Assembly (NCBI GenBank): GCA_045605805.1
Contig: JAZUQR010000010.1
Coordinates: forward strand, 32,001-96,000
Length of the DNA: 64,000 nucleotides
Source of the DNA: Alphaproteobacteria bacterium
GTDB lineage: Bacteria > Pseudomonadota > Alphaproteobacteria > CAAHEQ01 > UBA3637
Direction: 5' to 3'
Shown in pieces: positions 51,054 to 61,110 of the stretch (the stretch's first letter is position 1; each line of letters starts with the position of its first letter). The notes under the pieces are model-generated. The model had not been told where the DNA came from, ran no database searches, and was given only the letters and a program-made list of their open reading frames with translations. The translations under genes and the position numbers were made by a program.

Positions 51054-53030
51054 ATGTTTTATTTAACCGGATTTCATTTAACCAAAGATCATGTTCAACG
51101 GCTTGTCAAGCTGACAAAAAGTGCCCCTTGGCCTAACAAAACCGTCCCTTTAATGGATGACCAAATGGGACAAAAATTGCCCGATCATACTGCTGTTTTG
51201 GTAAAAAATCCATCCGAACAAGAGTTGGTTCAATTGACCCGTCTTGCTCCCACAGCCATTGTAGATGCCAATGCATTAGATGCTTCGGTTCAATTTTTCT
51301 TAAAACGCATGGATGCCTTGAAAAGCAAAAACAAGATGGGTTTTTTATTGACTTGTCCTGTGATTTATGCGTGCAACATTGCCCAAAACATTGTATCGGC
51401 TTTGCAAGAGTTTATTCTTTTATCGGCCGATCAACAAGAAAGTATTCACTTTGCCCTTCACGAATCCATTGTGAATGGTTTGGTTCATGGTAATTTACAG
51501 ATCAACAGTTCTATGCGCCAATCGGCCCGAGATTTTATTGAATATGCCCGTTTATTGCATGACCGGTTAAATGATCCTAGCTATGCCCAAAAATCCATCA
51601 GTATCATTACCAGCTGGAACACCAAAAAATTGGAAATTAAAATTCGTGATGAAGGGGCGGGCTATGGTTCTACCACTTCTTCGGTGCGACAATCTTGTGC
51701 CATGCAGCACAAAACAGGCCGAGGCATTCGGATTATTGCAGGGGCGGCCGATTCTTGTACGATTGAAGATTTTGGACGAGAAATTACTTTATCCTTTTTA
51801 TTAAAAGAATCCAGCAATCCCCAGTGGACAAGTGGTTATTCAGAAGAAACTTCTTCCCAAAATGCATTGAACTTTTCCAAAGATTTATCTTCATCCAAGG
51901 TGTTGGTAATTGAAGACAATCCAAGCACACAAACTGTGTTAGGGCGACTTTTGAATTTAATCAGCATTGATGATGTCTCTTTTGCCTGTGATGGCGTTGA
52001 AGGCCTTAAATTAGCACATGACATCAAACCCGATTTAATTATTTTAGATATTACCATGCCTCGTATGGATGGTTATGAAGTGATTCAACACTTAAAAAAT
52101 GATGCCTCAACTGCCACCATTCCTGTTTTAATTCAAACGGCTTCGGATAATCGGGAAACCAGAGAAAAAACTTTCAGGGCTGGCGCAACCGACTTTATTA
52201 CTAAACCCATCAATCCCTTAGAGTTCTTTTCTCGGGTGCGTGTTCATTTGGAAAACCGGTTATTGGTGCGTCATTTATCCACTCAATTAGAACAGATTGA
52301 ATCCGAACTTCATTCTGCCAGACGCATGCAAATTGATATGCTTCCGAAAGACGATGTCTTAAAGACCTTGCAACAAGATTATCGTTTAACGATTGCACAT
52401 CATTTTGCCCCTTCCTCATTGCTGGGAGGAGACTTTTGGCAAATTATTCCCATATCGGCCAACAAAGTCGGCTTTTATATTTGTGACTTTTCCGGACATG
52501 GTGTGGCCAGTGCCTTGAATACTTTCCGTTTACATGCTTTGGTCAGCCAAAACAACCGCCGTATTCATTCTCCGGCTGATTTTTTGAAAAAACTCAACAA
52601 GCAAATGCACACTCTTTTGCCCCGGGGCCAGTTTGCCACTTTGTTTTTGGGGATTTATGACAAACGCAAAAAAACTTTGCTTTTTTCGGGGGCGGGTGCG
52701 CCAAATCCGATTTGGATTCATCAAAACAAACAACTTTCTTTGAACGCAGAGGGGATGCCTTTGGGGATTGTGACCAATCCCACTTATCAAGATACAATCA
52801 TTCGTTTGACAAAAGGGGATTCTTTACTGCTGTACAGTGATGCGCTGACAGAATCTTTAACCACAAAGGGGTTGCGTTTGGGCGATACCGCCTTTAAGCG
52901 GATGGTTAAAAAACATATTGTTGGGACAGATCCCAATGCGGGTTTGGATGAATTGATGCAACATTTTTTCAAATTAGCCCCTCCGCCCCCCTCGGACGAT
53001 GTGACAGCCGTGTTATTGAAGTGGGAGTAA
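51054..53030 (+). CDS. HATPase (RsbW-like) - receiver - PP2C (SpoIIE/RsbU) fusion protein
   Basis: HESIVNGLVHGN/DEGAGY/GRGI; VIED..LDITMP.MDG..KP; GGDF, DFSGHG, YSDAL, DDVT. Confidence 0.88.
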   Translation: MFYLTGFHLTKDHVQRLVKLTKSAPWPNKTVPLMDDQMGQKLPDHTAVLVKNPSEQELVQLTRLAPTAIVDANALDASVQFFLKRMDALKSKNKMGFLLTCPVIYACNIAQNIVSALQEFILLSADQQESIHFALHESIVNGLVHGNLQINSSMRQSARDFIEYARLLHDRLNDPSYAQKSISIITSWNTKKLEIKIRDEGAGYGSTTSSVRQSCAMQHKTGRGIRIIAGAADSCTIEDFGREITLSFLLKESSNPQWTSGYSEETSSQNALNFSKDLSSSKVLVIEDNPSTQTVLGRLLNLISIDDVSFACDGVEGLKLAHDIKPDLIILDITMPRMDGYEVIQHLKNDASTATIPVLIQTASDNRETREKTFRAGATDFITKPINPLEFFSRVRVHLENRLLVRHLSTQLEQIESELHSARRMQIDMLPKDDVLKTLQQDYRLTIAHHFAPSSLLGGDFWQIIPISANKVGFYICDFSGHGVASALNTFRLHALVSQNNRRIHSPADFLKKLNKQMHTLLPRGQFATLFLGIYDKRKKTLLFSGAGAPNPIWIHQNKQLSLNAEGMPLGIVTNPTYQDTIIRLTKGDSLLLYSDALTESLTTKGLRLGDTAFKRMVKKHIVGTDPNAGLDELMQHFFKLAPPPPSDDVTAVLLKWE

Positions 53031-53032
53031 AA

Positions 53033-53749
53033 ATGATTCGCTTATATGTTTCGGAGCCCTTATTAAAAGATATTGTGATTGCTTTGGATGACAAGGCTCA
53101 ACACTATCTTTTGCATGTTATGCGCCAACATGACGGTGATGTTTTATTATGTTTTAACGGCACAGATGGGGAATGGAAATGCCGCTTGACGATGACTGGA
53201 AAAAAGAAGGCTGTTTTGCAGGTTTTGGAACAAACTCGCCCGCAAACTCAACCCGAATTTTGTGCCATTTGTCCGGCTTTGATTAAAAAAGACAATATGG
53301 ATATTATTCTTCAAAAGGCCACAGAGTTGGGGGTGACAGATATTTATCCCATTTTAAGCGAACACACCTCACACCCACACTTTAATATGCCTCATGCTTT
53401 GGCTGTGGTGAAAGAGGCGGCCGAACAATGCGAACGCTTGACTCTGCCTGTGATTCATTCTCCTATGCCGTTAGTGGATTTAAGTAAAAACTTGCCCTCA
53501 GATTGTGCTTGTTATTATTTGGCGGAACGACAGGCGGCGTCCTCTTTATTGCCTGAGCGTGGGCCGGTTGCTTTTGTGGTTGGGCCAGAGGGCGGATGGA
53601 GTGAAAAAGAAAATCTGTTTTTCCAAAAGTCCGATTTTATCCCTTTGCACTTTGATGTGGGTATTTTAAGGGCAGAAACGGCCTGTATTGCGATTTTGTC
53701 TTGTTGGCAGATTGGACGCCATTTACAAAAAAATAACTTGCATTTTTGA
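53033..53749 (+). CDS. rsmE: 16S rRNA m3U1498 methyltransferase
   Basis: HYLLHVMR, QKATELGV, EAAEQCER, VGPEGGW, ILRAETA. Confidence 0.96.
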   Translation: MIRLYVSEPLLKDIVIALDDKAQHYLLHVMRQHDGDVLLCFNGTDGEWKCRLTMTGKKKAVLQVLEQTRPQTQPEFCAICPALIKKDNMDIILQKATELGVTDIYPILSEHTSHPHFNMPHALAVVKEAAEQCERLTLPVIHSPMPLVDLSKNLPSDCACYYLAERQAASSLLPERGPVAFVVGPEGGWSEKENLFFQKSDFIPLHFDVGILRAETACIAILSCWQIGRHLQKNNLHF

Positions 53750-53785
53750 TAAAGGGTTGCTAGTATCAAAAGAAAGGGAGTTATT

Positions 53786-54667
53786 ATGAGAAAGAAAAAA
53801 TCTTTTTTTGCTTTGATGGTATTGTGTGTCGGTTTGTTTTCCGCCCACGCCCAAGCCTCGCTTGTTGTTTGTCAAGATGGATCTTGTCAAAAAGTTTTAG
53901 ATCAAGCCGATTTTCTGCCTTGGTTAAAAAAACTGCATGCTTATTTCAAAACCCCCAATGCTCGGATTGATTTTTGTGAAGCAGAGGCGCAAAAGCGTTC
54001 CTGTTTGGCTGAGGGGTTGAATTGGACGGCCCAATCTGCTTTGGCGCCTGTCTCTTTTTCAACAAAGGTTGCCCGTACGGCCCCCTTTAAGAACACGCTT
54101 TTATTGGATTATTTAATTACAGCCAATTCTTCTTGGCCCGATTGTTCATACGCTTTAACTACATTTGACAAATCATCGGATAATTCCATCCGTATGGTAT
54201 CGCATGCATTTGAATGTCAATTGGCAGATTTTAGCAAAACACACCTTCAAAACTCGTTTTTCATTGATTACATCAACTTTGATGATGGTAAAATCGGGGC
54301 AAAATATGTGATTCAAATCAATGGGGCGGTGAATGGACAAGCCGCCGGATATGCCGTTATGACTTTCAGAGACGGCAACACTTTGCGTCCATTGATTCAC
54401 CAAACAAATGTTGCGGATATGCCAGCACCACCTTCTTTGGCAGAGGCCAAACAAATTATACATCAACATCAATTGAATAACCCCAATCAACAGAAATCTA
54501 AATGGGAGATTTTCTCAGATGGTGTGAAGAATTGGTGGGGACAATTGAAAGATTCGTTTAACTTGGATATTGAAGAAGAACCCATTGAAGCCAAGGAGAA
54601 TCCTTCTTGGTGGGATAAGTTCACCGATAAGTTTATGAAAATTCTTTATTTAGAACCTCTGGATTAA
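53786..54667 (+). CDS. secreted hypothetical protein
   Basis: GGGAG RBS, signal peptide ending AQA. Confidence 0.75.
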   Translation: MRKKKSFFALMVLCVGLFSAHAQASLVVCQDGSCQKVLDQADFLPWLKKLHAYFKTPNARIDFCEAEAQKRSCLAEGLNWTAQSALAPVSFSTKVARTAPFKNTLLLDYLITANSSWPDCSYALTTFDKSSDNSIRMVSHAFECQLADFSKTHLQNSFFIDYINFDDGKIGAKYVIQINGAVNGQAAGYAVMTFRDGNTLRPLIHQTNVADMPAPPSLAEAKQIIHQHQLNNPNQQKSKWEIFSDGVKNWWGQLKDSFNLDIEEEPIEAKENPSWWDKFTDKFMKILYLEPLD

Positions 54668-54678
54668 AAGGATAGTAT

Positions 54679-55944
54679 ATGGCAAAAACAATTGAAATTT
54701 CCCGTTTATCAAACGGCATTCAAGTTATCACAGACACACAACCTTCGTTAGATTCCGTCACATTGGGGGCATGGGTTGGTGTTGGGTCACGCTTTGAAAA
54801 AAAAGAAGAAAGCGGTATTTCCCATTTTTTGGAGCATATGGCTTTTAAGGGAACAACCAACCGTTCCACTTTGCAAATTGCCAAAGAGATTGAACAAGTT
54901 GGCGGTTTTATCAATGCCTATACTGGCCAAGATGTGACAGCCTATCATGCTCGGATGCTAAAAAAAGACATGGATATTGGGTTGGATATTATTGCCGATA
55001 TTACCCAACACGCCACGATGAACGAAAAGGAATTAAACACAGAAAAAGGTGTGATTATTCAAGAAATCAATATGTATAAAGATCAACCGCATGCTGTGGC
55101 AGAAGAAAACTTTGATGCAGTGGCTTATCCGAATCAACCATTGGGGCGTTCTGTGGCCGGCAATGCCAAAGTGATTTTGGCTATGACACCCGAAAAAATG
55201 TTGACTTATATGAAAACGCATTACACGCCCAACCGGATTGTGGTCAGTGCTGTGGGGGCCATCAAGCATGATGCGTTTGTGAAAAAGTGCGAAAAATTGT
55301 TTTGTGATTTTGAACAAAAACCGGCCGTAGTGGCCGAACCTGCCCATTACAAAGGCGGTTTCAAATATGTGAAAAAAGCCAACGAGCAAGTGAACCTTAT
55401 TTTGGGCTTTGAAGGAGAATCGTATTTTTCAGAAGATATTTGGAAATCAAAATTGTTGTCCATGATTTTGGGGGGCGGTATGACAAGTCGCTTGTTCCAA
55501 GAAATTCGTGAAAAGCGTGGGTTGGTCTACACCGTTCATGCTTATTCTTCGGCCGAAACGGACACCGGTATTTTTGGCATTTATGCCGGCACAGGCAAAA
55601 AAGAATTGGGTGTTTTGATGCCTGTGTTGTTGAATGAGCTTAAAAAAGTTTCGTGCAAGGTGACGGATGAAGAAGTGGCACAAGCCCAAACTCGTTTGGA
55701 AGCGGCTTTGTTGATGCGCAATGAAGAATTGTCTGACCATGCTGATTTGCATGCCATTGAGCTGTTGCGTTATGGCAAGGTGCGTTCCAAAGCCTCGCTT
55801 GTGAAAGCCATTCGTTCTGTGACAGCCAAAGACATACAAACCTATGCGGCCAAGATTTTTGCCACAACGCCCACTGTTTCATGTTTGGGGCCGGTTCAAA
55901 ATATGATGTCGTATGACGATATTGTGAAAACTTTGAAAGCGTGA
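54679..55944 (+). CDS. M16 family zinc peptidase
   Basis: HFLEHMAFKG, NAYT, GGGMTSRLFQEIREKRGLVY. Confidence 0.95.
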   Translation: MAKTIEISRLSNGIQVITDTQPSLDSVTLGAWVGVGSRFEKKEESGISHFLEHMAFKGTTNRSTLQIAKEIEQVGGFINAYTGQDVTAYHARMLKKDMDIGLDIIADITQHATMNEKELNTEKGVIIQEINMYKDQPHAVAEENFDAVAYPNQPLGRSVAGNAKVILAMTPEKMLTYMKTHYTPNRIVVSAVGAIKHDAFVKKCEKLFCDFEQKPAVVAEPAHYKGGFKYVKKANEQVNLILGFEGESYFSEDIWKSKLLSMILGGGMTSRLFQEIREKRGLVYTVHAYSSAETDTGIFGIYAGTGKKELGVLMPVLLNELKKVSCKVTDEEVAQAQTRLEAALLMRNEELSDHADLHAIELLRYGKVRSKASLVKAIRSVTAKDIQTYAAKIFATTPTVSCLGPVQNMMSYDDIVKTLKA

Positions 55945-55945
55945 T

Positions 55946-56566
55946 ATGCCCGATTTTTCCTTTGAACAGCAATATGCCGCGGGCGGATTTGTGTTTGGTT
56001 TTGATGAAGCGGGGCGTGGCCCTTGGTGTGGCCCAGTGGTGGCCGCCTGCGTCTGTTGGCCTCAGTTGAAGATAGATGCCAAATTGGCAAGGCAAATCAA
56101 TGATTCCAAAAAGTTGACTGCCAAAAAGCGAGAGGTTTTGTTTGATTTGATTATGGCTTCGCCTGCCCTTGTGGGGGTTGGACAAGCCAGCGCCCAAGAA
56201 ATTGACCGTTTGAACATTTTACAGGCCACTTTTTTAGCCATGCAACGAGCGTTGGAGCAAGTGCAACAGCAAGGTCACAAGGTGGATTTTGTGTTGATTG
56301 ACGGCAACCGTTTGCCCAAATGGGATATGCCTTGCAAGGCTTTGATTAAAGGGGATTCGTTAAGCCTTTCCATTGCTTCGGCCAGCATTATTGCCAAAGT
56401 GACCCGAGACAGATTGATGTGTGCTTTGGCCAAAGAATGGCCCGCCTATGGGTGGGATAAAAATGCCGGCTATGGCACAAAGGAACATCTTTTGGCTCTT
56501 GAACAATATGGCGTCACCCCTCATCACAGAAAATCCTATCGCCCTGTTCAAAAGTTATTGGGTTGA
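55946..56566 (+). CDS. rnhB: ribonuclease HII
   Basis: GFDEAGRGP..GPVVAA, DSKKL, IDGN, ASIIAKVTRD. Confidence 0.97.
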   Translation: MPDFSFEQQYAAGGFVFGFDEAGRGPWCGPVVAACVCWPQLKIDAKLARQINDSKKLTAKKREVLFDLIMASPALVGVGQASAQEIDRLNILQATFLAMQRALEQVQQQGHKVDFVLIDGNRLPKWDMPCKALIKGDSLSLSIASASIIAKVTRDRLMCALAKEWPAYGWDKNAGYGTKEHLLALEQYGVTPHHRKSYRPVQKLLG

Positions 56567-59500
56567 TTAAGGGTCTCTGTTTTCACCGGAGTAGTCACCT
56601 GTTTTAACTGTGTTATTTGCGTCACAGTTTGTTGTGTGCTCTAGACTGTTACTGTTTCCACACAGCTTTCCAGGAGTTGTACAACCGTATTCTCTCCATT
56701 TTCTGTCGTGACTTTTCGGCGGGCATATGCTGGTTGGAGCAACCTCCCCCTTCTCAATACATGTTCCATCACCTTGTGCCATATCTGTGCACCCACACTG
56801 CGTTCTTACAGCACAATTCGCACAGCTTCCATTGTGGCAGTGTTTACCAGGGCCACAATGGTCATGCAAGGTGCATTGCACACATTGTTGCTTGTTGGTG
56901 TCCCACTTTGACGTGTTCGTTGGACAGGCTATACACTCACCATTCTTCCATATTGGCGTGTTCGTTGGGCAGGGCTCACATGTTTTGTTTGTGGCGTTCC
57001 AAACTGGGTTTGTTGGATCTGCTGCGGCACAGGTCGCGCAGGCAGAACCATCCCAAGCTGGTTTGTTTTGATATACTGAAACACAAGGCACGCATGTTTT
57101 ACTTGTGGCGTTCCAAACTGGTCTTGTTGAATCTGCTACGGCACATGACACACATTCTTTCTTTGTGTCGTTCCAAACTGGTGTGTTCTCATTTGCTGCG
57201 GCACAGGTCACGCATGTTTTTCTTGTGGCGTCCCAAACTGGTGTGTCTGAATTGTTATCGGCACAGGTCACACAGGCGTTTCCGTCCCAAAACGGTTCCT
57301 CTGATGGGCATTCTGAACAAGAGTTGTTTTCACATTTTGGTGCGGCGCCAGGGCAATGGCTGTGTTCTGTACATTGTACACATGTGTTATTATTTGTGTT
57401 GTCAGCGTCCACTTTACAAACTCTTTTGTCAATGACCTCCCCACTTGACCTTTTGTTTTGCCGTGGGTTATAGCTTGAATGATCTACGGTGCTACCACAC
57501 CCCAAATCTGTCCAATTGGAGGAAATGGAATCATAACATTTCACACATTTTTCATTATATAGATCCCAAACTGGGGTCTCCGCTGGGCAGGCCTCACATG
57601 TAGTTCCGTTCCAAACAGGCGTTTTTTCGTTATATCTGAAACACGAAACACAACGATTGCGCCACGCATCCCAGACGGGCGTTTTGCTATCCTTTGATGG
57701 ATCTTCGGGATCCTTTGTTTTATCACATTGACAGGTTTTGTCGCCTTCATTTGGTACCATTGTGGTGTTGCACCCAGCCACACACAAACCATTTTCCAAA
57801 TCACACCATTCGCCCGGGCAATCTCCTCCTTTTGTACACGCCACACATTTATTCCCCGCACATAATCCTTTTTTACAATCCTCATTTTCCAAACATTCCA
57901 CACAGGCGGTTCCGTTCCAAAATGGTGTGGCTGAATTGTTGGCGGCACAGGTCACGCACTCAAAACCATTCCAAGCTGGGGTGTTCTCTGGGCAGGCCTC
58001 ACAGGTAGTTCCATTCCAGTGTTCGCCCTCTGGGCAGGCCTCACAGGTAGTTCCATTCCAAACTGGTGTGTCTGAATTGTTGACGGCACAGGTCACGCAC
58101 TCAGAACCATTCCACTTTGGCGTGGCCTCTGGGCAGACCTCACAGGTAGTTCCATTCCAAACTGGTGTGACCTCATCTACGTCGGCACAGGTCACGCAGG
58201 AAAAACTATTCCATATTGGCCTGTTCGTTGGGCAGGCCTCACATTCTTCTGATGTGGTTGCGCCGGTGCCAGCGGTGGTTTGATTATCACCACAGAATAT
58301 ACAACCTTCATTACCTGCCGAGATTTTATATGTACCCTTGTCACATGGGGTGCAAGTGCCGTCGTCTTTTAATGTATAGCCGGCCTTACACTGGCATTGA
58401 TCGCCGCTCCATTCACTATTTGTTGGGCAGGCCTCACATGCTTCACTTGTGCTATTCCACTTTGGCGTGTCCTCTGGGCAGGCCTCACATTCTGTGCCAC
58501 TCCAAACTGGTTTTTTTTGATCTGCTACGGCACAGGTCACGCATTGTCCCTTTTCTTCTATGACCTTCCAAACTGGTGTGTTCTCATTTGCTGCGGCGCA
58601 GGTCACGCATGTGTGATAAACTTTATCGCATACTGGTGTATCCTCAGAGCAAGACCATTCGCTTTCGGCACCAAAATCTCCATAACATTCCTGACAGGCC
58701 GTTCCATGTTTATTTTCATCTTCGCAGCCGCAGGTGTAGTCGGTCTTACAGATTTGATTGCCTTCGCAATTATCCTTTTCTGTACATTGCACGCAGGCCT
58801 CTCCGTTCCAATATGGCGTGGCCTCATCTACGTCGGCACAGGTCACGCAGTCGTTTCCGTCCCAAAACGTATCAGCTTGGCAGGCCTCACATTCTGTGTC
58901 ATTCCACTTTGGCTTGTCCTCTGGGCAGGCCTCACAGGTAGTTCCATTCCAGTGTTCGCCCTCTGGGCAGACGCAGGTGTTGCTTTCACATACTTTCCCC
59001 CCTGAACAATCAGCAGTTTGCACACACTCCTCACATTGATTTGTTGTATCATTCCAGTGTTCGTTCTCTGGGCAGGTACAGCTACATACATTGTCATTCC
59101 ATGACCGTCCTCCCTCCCCACATGACGCTTGTTTTTGATAACATGTGCCGTCATACCAGCAACCGTTTTGGGTGGTACAAGCCGTTTTCTCTGTACAGGG
59201 AGATGTTGTGCTTCCCGGTACACAGGGGCAGGTGTCCTTTGGCATACACACACCAGCCTCACACCACTCCATCCCCTGTGTCTTTGTACATTTGTCTGCA
59301 TCGCAGTGTAGCTTTCTTAGGTCTGTATCAGCTATTGCACAACCACACAGAGTGTAGTTTTGGGTACTAGTCTCCATTGCCGTTAAAACTTTACCCTCGT
59401 CATCACAACAGACATTCTCATATCCTTTTGAACCATCTGGGCAACCACAGGCATCTGAATCATCACATATTTCAATTCCGCCTAACACTGTATAACAGTT

Positions 59501-59923
59501 CTGTCCATTTTTACAACAAAGATTTTCTTTTGACACGTTGTCCCATGGTAATCTATATCCCTCTGGGCAACCACAGGTTGGCATAAAATAAGAACTATAA
59601 TCCTTTCCGTCATATATTTTCTTATCCTTACAGCAGACATACTGATTACCATGTGGCGTTAGGGTTCCGCCGTCCGGACAGGTGCATTCTGCTTCCTGAA
59701 CTGTACCATCCGCATTAACTGTACATTGATTCTCTTCGGCTGTGGTCAAGCCGCCTTGTTGGACAAAGACTTCGTCTATGGTGGGGGTGGAAACAGAACT
59801 TGTGGCCAAATCAACCACCTGCATGTTTTCATTCAATCGGATTTGGATTGAACCAACATCTGCCCATATTTTATGGGAACACAAAAACGAAAGACAAAAA
59901 AGCAACAAATATTTCTTTTTCAT
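56567..59923 (-). CDS. large secreted Cys-rich repeat protein (furin/EGF/VSP-like repeats)
   Basis: signal peptide MKKKYLLLF; many P.WNG..C..CP and CVTCA....TP.W repeats; one GCC2/ephrin-receptor-like unit CTPCDKGTYK...GATTSEEC. Confidence 0.8.
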   Translation of the reverse strand: MKKKYLLLFCLSFLCSHKIWADVGSIQIRLNENMQVVDLATSSVSTPTIDEVFVQQGGLTTAEENQCTVNADGTVQEAECTCPDGGTLTPHGNQYVCCKDKKIYDGKDYSSYFMPTCGCPEGYRLPWDNVSKENLCCKNGQNCYTVLGGIEICDDSDACGCPDGSKGYENVCCDDEGKVLTAMETSTQNYTLCGCAIADTDLRKLHCDADKCTKTQGMEWCEAGVCMPKDTCPCVPGSTTSPCTEKTACTTQNGCWYDGTCYQKQASCGEGGRSWNDNVCSCTCPENEHWNDTTNQCEECVQTADCSGGKVCESNTCVCPEGEHWNGTTCEACPEDKPKWNDTECEACQADTFWDGNDCVTCADVDEATPYWNGEACVQCTEKDNCEGNQICKTDYTCGCEDENKHGTACQECYGDFGAESEWSCSEDTPVCDKVYHTCVTCAAANENTPVWKVIEEKGQCVTCAVADQKKPVWSGTECEACPEDTPKWNSTSEACEACPTNSEWSGDQCQCKAGYTLKDDGTCTPCDKGTYKISAGNEGCIFCGDNQTTAGTGATTSEECEACPTNRPIWNSFSCVTCADVDEVTPVWNGTTCEVCPEATPKWNGSECVTCAVNNSDTPVWNGTTCEACPEGEHWNGTTCEACPENTPAWNGFECVTCAANNSATPFWNGTACVECLENEDCKKGLCAGNKCVACTKGGDCPGEWCDLENGLCVAGCNTTMVPNEGDKTCQCDKTKDPEDPSKDSKTPVWDAWRNRCVSCFRYNEKTPVWNGTTCEACPAETPVWDLYNEKCVKCYDSISSNWTDLGCGSTVDHSSYNPRQNKRSSGEVIDKRVCKVDADNTNNNTCVQCTEHSHCPGAAPKCENNSCSECPSEEPFWDGNACVTCADNNSDTPVWDATRKTCVTCAAANENTPVWNDTKKECVSCAVADSTRPVWNATSKTCVPCVSVYQNKPAWDGSACATCAAADPTNPVWNATNKTCEPCPTNTPIWKNGECIACPTNTSKWDTNKQQCVQCTLHDHCGPGKHCHNGSCANCAVRTQCGCTDMAQGDGTCIEKGEVAPTSICPPKSHDRKWREYGCTTPGKLCGNSNSLEHTTNCDANNTVKTGDYSGENRDP

Positions 59924-59981
59924 TTCCAAATCCTTTGAATCTATTTTACCGCACTTCTTTGATAAAAATCAACAAAAAAGT

Positions 59982-61109
59982 TTATCCCCCACACAAAGCC
60001 AACAAAATGCCGGCTGCTATGGCAGAACCGATGCTGCCCGCCACATTTGCCCCCATGGCGTGCATCAGCAGGTGATTATTCGGGTTGGATTCTTGCCCCA
60101 ACTTTTCGCTGACTCGGGCAGCCATTGGGATAGCACTGACACCTGCCGATCCGATCAACGGGTTGATTTTATTCTTGGAAAACAGATTCAAAAATCTGGC
60201 CATTAAAACACCACTTGCCGAACCAAGGCTGAATGCCACAACACCCAAGCCCAACACCACCAATGTTTCTTTTTTCAAAAACAGGTCGGCCGACAGTTTT
60301 GACCCAACGGAAATCCCAAGCAAAATTGTGACGATATTCATCATTTCGTTGCTTGCCCCTTTGGCCAATCTGTCTGCCACGCCCGATTCTTTTAGCAAGT
60401 TCCCAAACATCAACATTCCAATCAACGGAATGGCCATTGGGATAAACAAGGCTGTTAGGACAATCACCATAATCGGAAAAATGATTTTTTCCTTTTGGCT
60501 GACTTCTCGCATTTGTTGCATCACGATTGTGCGTTGATTTTTGGGTGTGCACAAACGCATAATCGGTGGTTGAATCACAGGTACAAGTGCCATATATGAA
60601 TAGGCCGCCACAGCGATTGCTCCCAACATTTCGGGGGCCAATTTACCCGCCAAAAAGATTGAGGTTGGGCCGTCTGCCCCACCGATGATGGCAATGCTGG
60701 CCGCCTGTTTCAAGGTTAAAGCAATTTCGGGAAACAGAGAACTTAAACTCAATGCCCCCAAAAATGTGCCAAAAATAGCAAACTGCGCTGCGCCCCCTAA
60801 CAAAGCTGTTTTCGGGTTTGCCAGCATGGGGCCAAAGTCTATCATTGCGCCAACGCCCATAAATATCAACAGCGGGAAAATGCCTGTTTCTATGCCGGCA
60901 TGATACATATAATACAACAAACCACCTTCTTCGGTCATCCCTGCCCCTGGGCAATTGGACAACAATCCCCCAACAGCAATTGGTATCAACAAAAGCGGTT
61001 CAAATTGTTTTTTTATCCCCAGATACAACAGCACAAAGCATATCAACATCATAATGCCTTGCCCCAGTGTCATGTGCACCAAACCCAAACTGTTTATGAT
61101 TGCTTCCAT
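59982..61109 (-). CDS. oadB: Na+-translocating oxaloacetate decarboxylase beta subunit
   Basis: [38 protein letters not shown]. Confidence 0.95.
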   Translation of the reverse strand: MEAIINSLGLVHMTLGQGIMMLICFVLLYLGIKKQFEPLLLIPIAVGGLLSNCPGAGMTEEGGLLYYMYHAGIETGIFPLLIFMGVGAMIDFGPMLANPKTALLGGAAQFAIFGTFLGALSLSSLFPEIALTLKQAASIAIIGGADGPTSIFLAGKLAPEMLGAIAVAAYSYMALVPVIQPPIMRLCTPKNQRTIVMQQMREVSQKEKIIFPIMVIVLTALFIPMAIPLIGMLMFGNLLKESGVADRLAKGASNEMMNIVTILLGISVGSKLSADLFLKKETLVVLGLGVVAFSLGSASGVLMARFLNLFSKNKINPLIGSAGVSAIPMAARVSEKLGQESNPNNHLLMHAMGANVAGSIGSAIAAGILLALCGG

Positions 61110-61110
61110 C

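Noticed and set aside
56617-59586. Many long + strand and alternative-frame ORFs; DGR-type diversification of the Cys-rich gene
   Set aside because: These are shadow ORFs of a repetitive gene. There is no reverse transcriptase in the window and I saw no adenine-specific TR/VR pair.
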